Of a stretch of 64,000 nt of DNA, positions 10,445 through 21,047 are shown piece by piece. The stretch is from contig CDLV01000006.1 of the NCBI GenBank assembly GCA_001244265.2, forward strand, positions 1,984,001 through 2,048,000, read 5' to 3'. The notes beneath the pieces are model-generated. The model saw nothing but the letters and a program-made list of their open reading frames with translations, was not told the origin of the DNA and ran no database searches. Both the position numbers and the translations under genes were made by a program. This DNA comes from Microbotryum violaceum. Its lineage: Eukaryota. Within the stretch, counting starts at the first letter, position 1. Each line of letters begins with the position of its first letter.

Positions 10445-13400
10445 AACGGGCGAATCCGACTTCCCCAACGGGTCGGGCAATCGCTTGTATCTCAAGGACA
10501 CACAAGGGTACAAAAGCTGGTCACAACGTGCGTTTATCAATCTTCGAGCCGACAAAGTATGGGATGTCGTCAATCAACCCATCGACTCCCTTGTCGCGGA
10601 CTATCGGTCCACGCTCGTTATCACACATGCAACTGCGTCCGTCGCGCCAGTTGAACCAGCCTCCTCCGGCTTTAGCGGGCTTGGGGGGGGGCTCTGGTTC
10701 TGCGCACTCGGACGCCTCGCCCAGGCTCACCAGCGTTCAAGTTGCGGACAAGGTCGCGGAATATCGCGAACGGGCCATCCGCCGCAACGATTTGGCATGC
10801 AAGTACATCGCCAATTCGATCTCTGAGGAACAGATGTCTCACTTGATTCATCTTCTCTCGGCGTACGAGATGTGGGACGCCCTCCGTGGTCTCCACTCTC
10901 ACGGTCGCCCGAGTCGCACTATGGACCTCCTCAACACTCTAGCGCAACCTTACTCTGGGGATATTCCTTTTAAGGAATTCGTCAACAAGGTCAAGATCGC
11001 CATGTCCGATTTTCAGAACCTCGGAGCTCCGCTTCCGCATTGGCTGTTTGCAGGCATGCTCGTTCGGTCGCTCCCAGCCCAGTATGACTCGATCGTTGGG
11101 AACCTTGCCTCCGACATCGACATCCACATGGATTGGAACACGTTCTATCCGAAACTCCTGATGAATGTCGAAATGGCTGATTCCCAAAACAAACAAAAGG
11201 AATCGTTATCCGCTCGGATCATTGACGATACTAGCTTCGTCGCCCGTATTTCCAACACGGCGCAAAAGGACTACTCCAAGTCGTATTGTTCGCGCTGCAA
11301 AGCACTGGGACACGAGCGTGGTTGGCGTCTCTGTCCAAGCAGGAACAAGGATGCGAGCGCTCCCGCTTCCTCGGACTCAAATTCGAACGTAGCTGCCATT
11401 GGTGTAGATGAATCTGCATTGATGACCTACACTTTCCCCTATTTGCGAACGATGCCACATTTTCCATGGATCATTGACTCGGGTGCTAAGGTCCATTGCG
11501 TTGGAGACAAGTCGGTCCTATCGGACGTTGTCTCTGAGCCTCTCAAAATTTCTGTCGCCGATCAATCTCAAATCGAATCTCCCGGTCATGGCTCAGTAAC
11601 GTTTCTTACCTCATATGGCGCTCGTATCACCATTAAGAGGGTCTACTACATGCCCGGTGCTCAATGCGGTTTTATCTCCATCGACCGTCTGTTGGAATCG
11701 ATGACGTACGCTGTTGGTCCCCAAAGCAATCTCATTTTCAGCATCCGCGGCAAGTTGATTCTGCGCTCGCTTCCTGGTCGGGGGTTTGTCATGGATGCAG
11801 CTCCCGTTCAGCCTATCATGTCATCCTCACCGCCTTCAATGGTCGGAGCCAATCGTCTCACTGGAACCTGTACGTTGATGGAAGCACATCGGAAGTTGGG
11901 CCATCAATCCCCTGCGGCGATCGTTTTGGCCGTCAAATCCGGGGCTATCACTGGCATCACTCTGAAGGACGAAAGGGTTACTCCTTGCTTCTCGTGCATC
12001 CAGGCCAAGTCAAAGCAATCACCCTTCTCCAACAAGAGTACCGAAGCGCCTCATGCACTCTACCGCGTCTTCATCGATCTCGGGTTTGTCGAACATCCCA
12101 ATCACCATGGCAATACTATCTATCTCGCTATTGTGGATCAGTATTCGACGGCTAAATGGACGATTGTGCTAAAGGACAAGAGAGCTGAGACGATTATCGA
12201 AGCATGGTCGAAATTTCAAGCCGAGTCCGAGCGTCAAACGGGTCAGAAAATCAAGAGGGTCAGATTGGACAATGGTCGTGAATTCGACAACTCATTGTTC
12301 CGGGCTCTTCTTGAAAAACAGGGCATCATCGTGGAATTGACGGCCCCCTATACTCCGGAGCAAAATGGTAAAGTAGAGCGACTCAATGGATCTCTCATGG
12401 GTCTCGTTTGATCAATGCTCCTCGACTCCGGTCTTCCCATGCGATTCTGGTCAGATGCTCTGGCCGTCGCAACATTTGTTCTCAATTGTCGACCACATCC
12501 TCGTATTCAAGGAAAAACGGCAATCGAAGTTCTTCTCGGCAAGAAGCCTAGTCTTGCTCATCTTCAGCCATTCGGATCTACGGCGTTTGTCCACGTTCCC
12601 AGGGAGCGTCGCTCCAAGCTTGCACCTCGCTCCATTCAGGGAGTTTTCATCGGGTACTCCGGTGAATACAACTACCGTGTCTGGGTCCAATTGTCAAAAC
12701 AGGTCTACGTTTCGCGTCACGTCACATTCCTTGAGACTCCTTCCGTCGTCACTTCGTCTCAAGATCGTGCGGACGTTTCTGATCCCGTTCATCATTCTCA
12801 ACCTCCTCATCCTCCACCAGATGTGTTGCCGTCTACACCAACTTCACCTGTTGTGGATCCAACTTTGCCGGATCCACAGCCTCCTCCGGTGGTTCCAATT
12901 GGAGTTGGTCAACAGGGGGGGTATCTTGCAGTTGTTCCTCAAGAACCACTCGACGGTGAGGCGGAAGTCGCTCTCGCTCCTCGTGAAGGTTACGCCATCG
13001 TTCGCACTGGTCCAAATCCTGGCCAATTCGAGAATGTTGATCCTTCCAACATCCTTCCTGCTGGTTCTCGTCGTCGACCTCAACCTCCGGAAAATATACT
13101 TCCCATCATTTTGGCTATCATGGTCAATGTCTTGGATACTCCACCCATGTTCCACGACAAGCTTTCCTACAATGCCTACTGTGCTGCCGTGTTTGCCGAA
13201 GAAGACATTGAGAAGTTCGATTTTGCTTCTCCATCCAAGCGCCGTGCAATCACGCCCATGGACGATCGCCCCTCGCTTTGAATCAATGCTACTCCGTTTG
13301 CCAATGTGTCATTGTACCAATCGGCTGTGGGTTCCCTGCAGTACGCGTCCACTCGATGTCGACCCAATATCACAATTGCTGTTCGTGCCGTTGCTCAAAA

Positions 13401-14013
13401 GAACTCCTGTCCAACTGTCAACGATTGGGCTGCGGTCAAGCGTATATTTCGCTACCTCAACAGCACCATCGATTCGGGAATTCTTTATCGAAACAGTTCC
13501 ACAACTCGATTGATGGTTTACTCCGATGCCTCGTTTGCGGATGACCCGGAATCTCGCAGATCGGTGGGAGCCTATGCATCAATGCTCGCTGGCGGCGTTA
13601 TCTCCTGGCAGTCGAAGCAACAATCTATGATCACTACATCCACTACCAAAGCCAAAATCCTCTCTGCATCCTCAGCCACTCGTGAAGCAATCTGGCTCCG
13701 TCGTTTGGCTGGTGATGTCGGCATTCCACAAGCACAGCCTACTATCATTCAAGAGGACAACGCCGCATGCATCCAGATCGCCAAGGATCCGGTCGATCAC
13801 ATGCAAACCAAGCACTTTGACATTGCTCATTTGTTCGTTCGAGAACGGGTTGCTTCTGGCGAGGTCGAACTTGAATACTGCCCTACCCATGTCAATGCCG
13901 CGGATATTATGACGAAGCCTTTGGGATTTCAACGCTTTGATCAACTTTGTGCGCTACTTGGAATGGTCTCGTTAGTCTCTTTGACCGGTGGGAGTGTTAG
14001 AAGTGGGGTCTGA
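10437..14013 (+). pseudogene. Copia gag-pol, disrupted
   Basis: Zinc knuckle CSRCKALGH..C, protease WIIDSGA, integrase HHCC + VFIDL/LDNGREF/GKVERLN, RT tail YQSAVGSLQY, RNase H YSDASFA/EDNAACI/AADIMTK. Frameshift at the G9 run 10683-10691; in-frame TGA at 12409 and 13279. Confidence 0.93.
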
Positions 14014-14183
14014 GAGCCTAACTCATTGCTATTAGTCTTGGTTAATACTTTATTCTGCGCGCGCGCCTGTCTTTGTCTTTGCGTCTTTTTTCCTTCTGGG
14101 TTCCTTCTCCACGCTATTCTCATCATCTCACTCGTGTATCTCGGAGCTGAGTCGTGAAGTACCTCTTAGTCCTTGTTGCAACA
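13995..14183 (+). repeat. 3' LTR
   Basis: Direct repeat of 10244-10432, followed by the CAGTC duplication. Confidence 0.97.
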
Positions 14184-15259
14184 CAGTCGAAACCTATGTC
14201 GGGCGCGAGCTTTTAACCCAAATCCGAAATCGCTTCTTCAATCCCCTGTCGAGGGACAGCGGCATCTGGGCAAAATACGACGACGTCGTCCACCTGTTTG
14301 AAGATCGTGATCGAGGGGAAACGTAACTCGAGGAAGTCTTGGGTTACGTCTGCTAGGTTGCCGAACACCCCCAGAGTGGTTCGACCGCCAAAACAAGGGA
14401 CTTGACGAATGTAGATTCAACCCTCCCAGCAGATTGTCATGTGCAGCCGTTGCGACGGCAGGAGAGAAGCTTGGTAGAAAGCATCCGCAAAGTTGAAACC
14501 AAAACAGATCTCGGTGAGCATCGTACGCCCGCGGGTACGACATGTTTTTGATCACGCGGTGTTTCGGGGGTTGACCGGGTTCGCGTCGTTTTCCGGTCAC
14601 CGACAGCGGATTAAAGCGGAAAGAGCCGACTTGAGGGCGGAGCCAGTCATAGTCAAAGGGTCCCGCGATGTGACCGTCACGTAGGAGACAGAGAAGTTCC
14701 TTGGCCGCTGCCTCACGAGATGCGTCATCATCGTTCGAAATGTGGTTGTTCGGAGTAAACGGCTCCCTCGGAAGGTGACGGAGGCCAAAGTCGAAACCCT
14801 CGCGGATTTGGGTCAGGATCGAATCGACTTGCTCAAAGGGAGTGTTGCCGCGGTGTACGCGAAGGGAAGGCAGTCCACGGCCGATTGCCAACGATCAGGG
14901 TTGAGGGGGTAACGACCTCGGTCAACGCCGCAAGTAAATCCGTGATGGAAGGAAGAGCGGAAAGCTTATCCACAGCCGACCTAGGGGCTCGCGCCGATGA
15001 AGAAGCATCTGAACGCATATGTACAGGAAGAGCAGTGTCCCGTTGAAAAGGGTCCGTAGGAGATATGTACGATGAGGGAGTGTCTGTAGAGGTGGCGTCC
15101 GTTGAAATCGCGAGCAAAGGCGGAGAGAATGAGGGGATCGTTTGTTGGGGTCGAAGAGGGGGGTTCGAGAAGGCGACCACTTCATAGGAGAAAGCGACCA
15201 CGTTATAAGAGAAAAATACCGCATTCGAGCACGGATGCGGCCGTATGAAAGTCGTAAAG

Positions 15260-15590
15260 GTTGAATATGGTCGTATGATGTGGCCGTAATAGGATATAAG
15301 AAAACGGAATATGACCGTACGGAGTATGACTGTATTATAATTAATAGAGGTAATGTCAATTATGGTCGTATGATGGAAGTACAGCCGAATATGGCCGATG
15401 ATATATGAGAAAACGGAATACGACCGTATTAAAACAAAGGTAATATCGATTATGGTAATGTCAATTATGTTCGTATGATGGAAGTACAGCCGAATATGGT
15501 CGTATTATGATATAATAAAACGGAATATGACCGCCTTATGATATAAGTAATGTCGAATATGGTCGTATGAGAGAACCGAAGTCGAATATG
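15260..15590. repeat. AT-rich degenerate minisatellite (~105-bp period) inside the YR element
   Basis: GGTAATGTCAATTATG(G/T)TCGTATGATGGAAGTACAGCCGAATATGG at 15349 and 15454; AAAACGGAATA(T/C)GACCG occurs three times; recurrent AATATGGTCGTAT core. Confidence 0.8.
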
Positions 15591-16647
15591 TGGGGCGATG
15601 GCAAAGGTGCTCGGCCGTGAACGGGTTGAAATCGGAAACGTCGATGATTGTAATGCTGTTCGGTGCCCGTATCGCTACAAGACCTCGCCAAGTGGGTCCA
15701 TGAAGTTCGCCCTCACGACAATGTCGTACTCAAGTTACAGGGGCCAGCTCTTCGAGGTAGCGCGCATCGCGACTGCGGAGATGTGTAGTAGGAACGCCAG
15801 CTTCACCTTGATGCTGGCTCCAAGCGTGAACAGACTCATCGGGATCGCTTCTGGTCTGGTCGCGTTGGACGCGATGTCAAACAACTCCGACGAGACGGTG
15901 ATTGGCGAGTCCGTGTAGGTCGAAACCAACTGGCAGGAGAGTGGAACGTAGTGACGTTGTAGGAACTGAAAGACTTCTTGTGGGAGTCCGAAGCCCCCAC
16001 CTGGAAACTCCTGTAGAGTTCGCGACCGAATGAGGCTACTAAGTCCTGCGAGGCCGCCCCACCACCAACGCGTTCGCACCAGCATCAGCGGCACCAAGAC
16101 CGCTACTACTGGTACCAGCACCACCAGTACCACCATCAACTGGATTCAGCACCCACCGCTCCGCAAGCACCACCAGCACCACCAACACCACCAGCACCAC
16201 CAGCATCACCGGGGGGTGGGGCGAGGATCTCGCCGCCTCCGGGATTGATGTCCGACATGGGTATGGAGATCGCCGCAAGCGGGACACTTGTTCGTGTTGA
16301 AACGAAAGTGTGGGGAGAAGAGGTTTGTTGGCATGGAAAAGCGTGGAAAGCAAAATTTTATGGAGTTTCGAGCGAGCAACAGGCGATGTTGCGAGCGAGA
16401 ATAGTTGGTTCTAGCAAGAGGGAGTGATTCACACCGCACTCGCCTTTCGACTCGCTCGGCGCGCCCGTTGGTCACCTTTGGCAACCGGCCAAGCACGGAG
16501 GGCTTGCACAAGGTCGGCCGAGCGTGAGTGGGGTGTGAGTCTTTCTTCCTTCTCCTTCTCCCCTCCCTTCGCCACGGAGTTTCGGAACCCGCTTCTTAGC
16601 ATCCTCACCTCATTTCACGCCCAATCTACCCAAGGAACCCATCTAGC

Positions 16648-19109
16648 ATGGCTGAATTGCTGCAAAAGGGCAAGGACCAGATCGTCGAAGCGCTCTCGCA
16701 GGCCACCGCCGCCGTCTCACTTGACTCGACGTGTGAGTTCCCTCCCACCCCACCAGCCGTCTGACCTGCTCGTAGGGCGCAGTACTTTGCTCGAGGCAGT
16801 GGCTGAACTTGAGGTGGTGTTCGCATTGATCACCTCACAGCCGCGGTCCACATCGACGAGGCCGCCGGCGACGACTCGACCGGTGACGGATCGACCGGCG
16901 CCCCTTTCAAGACCTTGCTCGGAACCTATATCGCCAGGGGGGACAACGTCATCGCGCTGACCCGCCAGACCAAGGAAAGTGCGACCGAATCGACCTACGA
17001 ACCCGTCACCGCCTCGGCGATCAAGAAGGCCAAGAAGCTCTACCTCCAACACCAGACCAAGCTCGCTCGCCAGGAGGAGCTCAGGAAGAAGGACGAGCTC
17101 GAGGGAGCGGCCAAGCGCGCGGCCGAGCAAAAAAAGCTCGACGATGCTCGTGCTATCGTCATTGAGCAACCAACCAGCACCGCAACCAAGATCAAGATCA
17201 GGTCTGCCGTCGCCAAGCGCGGAGAGCGCGTCCGAATATTCGGTTGGGTCCACCGACTGCGCCAGCAGGGTGCCATGATCTTTCTCGTGCTCAGGGACGG
17301 TACAGGCTACCTCCAATGCGTATTGACCGGAAAGTTGGTAAGTGGCCGCAGAGAGGTACAGGGGACTAGAATTATTTGGATTCAACGGTCTTGACTTTGC
17401 TGTCGACTCAATTCTCCCTTCGACTCTTTCGGCATCCACAGCCCTTGACCTACGATGCGTTGACGCTCACCTTGGAATCGACAATCGAGATCACGGGCAC
17501 CATCAACGAGCTTCCGGCGGGCAAGACCGCTTCTGACAACCACGAGTTGACGGCCGACTGGTTCTCCGTCGTCGGCAAAGCCCCTGGAGGCGACGAGGCC
17601 TTCCTCAACAAGGTTTCCGAGGTGAGTCTGGATTTGCGGCATGCCCAGCAACGTGGCTACAGCAAGCTCATCATTCCACTATCAAACTCCTATTTCCAGG
17701 ACCGAGACCCGAGTCTGCTCGCCGATGCTCGGCACCTCGTACTTCGAGGTGAAACGGCGTCGACTGTGCTCAAGGTCCGAGCCGCTCTCTTGCAATCGTT
17801 CCGCGACTCGTACGCCAACTTGGGTCTGCTTGAGGTCACACCCCCGTGCATGGTCCAAACCCAAGTCGAAGGTGGCTCGACCTTATTCAGCTTCGACTAC
17901 TACGGAGCACCGGCTTACCTGACCCAGAGTTCGCAACTCTACCTCGAGACGTGCTTGCCCAGTCTGGGTGACGTCTTCTGCGTCGCCGAGTCCTTTCGTG
18001 CCGAGAAGAGCCACACTCGACGACACTTGAGTGAATACACCCACGTCGAGGCCGAGCTGGCGTTCCTCACTTTCAACGAACTCCTGGATCATCTCGAGGA
18101 GGTGGTCAGTTTCCACCCCTCTTGCGTGAATGCAATCCGTCGAGCAGCAATAGTGCTGACCGACAAGTTTCTCTCATCCGCCTTCGGAACACACCACAGA
18201 TCTGCCAAACCGTTGACCGAGTCTTGGCCGAGCCCAAGTTGAAGGCCATGATTGATTCGCTCTGGCCTGCCGGCGAGTCGTTCCAGGCGCCGCAGCGTCC
18301 CTTCATGCGCATGGACTACCGCGACGCGATCAAGTACCTCAACGATCACAACATCCTTCGACCCGGCCCTGACGGTGTCGATGGCCCGCATCAAGTCGGC
18401 GACGACATCGCCGAAGCTGCCGAGCGCAAGATGACAGATCAGATCGGCAAGCCCATCTTCCTCGTCGGGTTTCCGAAGGAGATCAAGTCGTTCTATATGC
18501 AGCGCATCAAGGGCGACGAGGGGTACACCGAATCCGTCGACTTGCTCATGCCCAACGTCGGAGAGATCGTCGGTGGCTCGATGAGGATGGACAATCTTGA
18601 AGAGCTGATGAGCGCCCTCAAGCACGAGGGGATTGATCCCGCCCCTTAGTCAGTCCCGGCTCTTCCCAGTGGCTTTTTCTGATTCTGATCAGCCCCCACT
18701 AACCGTGTCCGCGCCTGAAAATCGCCATCTCTCCTGTGCACGGCGACACCAACGATCGTTCTCCGAGACAATAGCTACTGGTACACCGACCAGCGCAAGT
18801 ACGGCACGTCCCCCCATGGAGGTTATGGCCTCGGTCTTGAAGTAAGCCTCCTGTCCACATTGGTCCGAGCGGAAATGGTTTCTCTTGGCCCGTCGGCTGA
18901 TTACCCATTGCCGCCGGTTCATCCGTCTCGTAGCGACTGCTCGCCTGGATGTGCAACCGATACACCGTCCGTGATTGCTCCTTGTACCCGCGGTAAGTCC
19001 GTGTCGTAGACTCGGCGTCTTTTAGCGCGCTAGTGACCGAACTGACAGGGGTCTTTCCGACTCGGGATCGTCGTCCTTCGGCAGCTGGACCGGGCGCGCG
19101 ACACCTTAA
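16648..19109 (+). CDS. DED81: asparagine--tRNA ligase, cytoplasmic (multi-exon)
   Basis: [83 protein letters not shown]; ends WTGRATP* at 19109. Confidence 0.95.
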
Positions 19110-21047
19110 TGATGGGGCAAATACCGCTTGCAATGGCCGTAGTTTCCCCCTATATCTCGGCCCAATTGACTAAATCGCATACCCACATCCCTAAGCCCTC
19201 ATTCCCGTCGCATTCGGTGAGATTTCGATTGCGAATTCACCGATTTCACCCTCCCTGGACCCGTCGGGACCGGAAATGTTCAGCTCGAGCAGCGCACCTC
19301 ACCCGGGGTTGCTTGATTCGCAATGGGAAACGCGTCGCGACCCAACACATTGTGAGCATCGACTGTCTCCTGACTGTGTTGTGGCCGTGTAGTCGTGAGC
19401 ATCGCTTGCGCGCCCGACTCGGTGAGGTCAAAGCGCGATCCAAGCCGGCTGACCCCATTTAGGCGTGGAAGTTCGACGTTGGGGGCGCGGACAGAACCGG
19501 AAGTCTCAGCGCCATTCGTGACTAGCTCGCTTTGCAGCTGTAATGCTGTGTCTGTGTGCGTGTCCGTGGGCGGGGGGAGATAGGTAGAACCGGTCCCGGA
19601 GGCGGTAATAAGAGAGAGGTGCCCTTTTTTCCGTTAGATGCTCTGCCATGTTCGTTAACCCCCCTCCCCCCCTCCCCTCCCTCTCGCACGCCTTCTGTTC
19701 GCTTTCGACGATTCACCTGCGTGCGCGGTTTCAGCCTTTCATTAGTTGCTTATCCGTTCACGGGAGTTGTTCTTTCTCTGTGTCGCCTTGTCACTTTCGT
19801 AAGGTCGCGCCCCTTTCGCCTTTGCTTCCCTTTCAAACTCGCAAGTCGACTTCGCGTTCGGTTTCGTCTCGAGCAGCTCCTTGTCAAGGTGAGTGCTGCG
19901 ACAGCGCCGGCTACATCCACCGTTTCGCTGTCGGAGCAGGCTCGGATTCGGACGTTGGCGCCTCAGCTTGAAGCGATTTGGAGCGAGCGAATTTCGTGAC
20001 GTCAACTTGATCTCATCAAGCACCTCAGATATCGTGGCCGGGTTGCTGACCTAACCTATGTTATGACATTGCTCTGCGTCTGTATTGCCTTTCCTGCTCC
20101 GGCGGTCGAATTCTTCCGACGGCCACGTCTTTCATGGCCCTGATTGACAATCCGGTGCGCGTCGCGACCTGTTTACGCCTCTCGGGATGATTCACCGCCC
20201 GTCGCCTCCCGTCGCCGGCACTGCATTTGGTTCGATTCGACCTCATTTTCTTTTCGATTTGATCGCTTCCCCCATCGTATCCCTGTCCTGTCCTGGCACC
20301 TCCTCAACTGCTCAGGCCCTCCTAGGCCCCCCACCCTCTCCTCTTCTCAGCGTGCGGCTCGCAGCGCCTTTCTTCGCGCCCGCTTTTTTCGTCCTCCCGC
20401 ATCCGACCTTCCGCCTCCCCTCGGCCCCACCGCGCCTCCTTTCCTCTCGTCAACACCCTCAGAAGGCCGAATCCGTTTCTCGCGCGACGTTTCTGGTAAG
20501 TGTGCTGTTTCGAAGCACATCGTTCGTGTATCCAGCATCGTACACCAGCTACTGTACCCGCTGCTTCTGGTGCTAAGGGTAAGATGCTACTTACTAGTGG
20601 GGACGAGTGATCGTCGCGAATCTAATCATGGTTCACTCTCCGCCTTCTCACATTCACAGCCCGCCTAGTACGCAGGTCGCGCCGCGTGCTCCGTGCTTCC
20701 TCAGTCAACACCGACCCAGGGTCGATCGCCTTTACGCCGGCTGTTTCGTACCGTACGATCGACTCTATCAACGCGTTCACGTCTCAAACAAAACATATCC
20801 TAGTCCACTCCGTTCTGTCGTCTTCGGTATCAGCACCTCACTCGCATCCTTCGATCCCCACGCCCAACGCCGCTTCCCTTCCGTGCCTCCTGCGTTGTGG
20901 ACGCGGCGAAACCTCCAAACTCAATTGGGAAGAAGCAGTTTACTCCGCCTTCGGACCCACTCCTTTCCTGTGCACTACTTTGTTGTTCCGAACCTCAAGC
21001 CCCATCGGTGTCCTCGTTTGTTTTGACCGTGTTGCATTGCTTGTTGC

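Larger units (their letters stand above)
10244..14183 (+). mobile_element. Ty1/Copia LTR retrotransposon, non-autonomous (RT core deleted)
   Basis: LTRs 10244-10432 and 13995-14183 (TG..CA, 189 bp, 2 differences); CAGTC target-site duplication at 10239-10243 and 14184-14188; PBS GGTTATGAGCTC at 10433; purine tract GGTGGGAG before the 3' LTR; domain order gag-PR-INT-RNaseH. Confidence 0.97.
8580..16260 (-). mobile_element. degenerate tyrosine-recombinase retrotransposon (DIRS/Ngaro type), interrupted by a Copia; ends approximate
   Basis: Order on the minus strand: Gly-rich gag-like region (ATG 16258; [13 protein letters not shown]), RT (~14190-14890: GPF, FNPLS, R.I.NMSYP, F[N]FADAFYQ, PCFGG, QVDD), RNase H (SDASEIALG, HITVAE, CDSTGV, NPADIVSR; 9637-10126), tyrosine recombinase (8912-9607). 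Many stops and frameshifts. Confidence 0.85.

Noticed and set aside
10683-10691. Programmed ribosomal frameshift in Copia gag
   Set aside because: It is a G9 homopolymer early in gag, more likely replication slippage or a sequencing error; Copia elements of this type usually have a single ORF.
12386-13513. 375-aa overlapping ORF in the Copia
   Set aside because: It is an alternative frame of the integrase-linker region with no recognisable motifs.
15260-15590. CRISPR-like repeat-spacer array
   Set aside because: The units are degenerate tandem copies without unique spacers, there are no cas genes, and the context is a eukaryotic retroelement.
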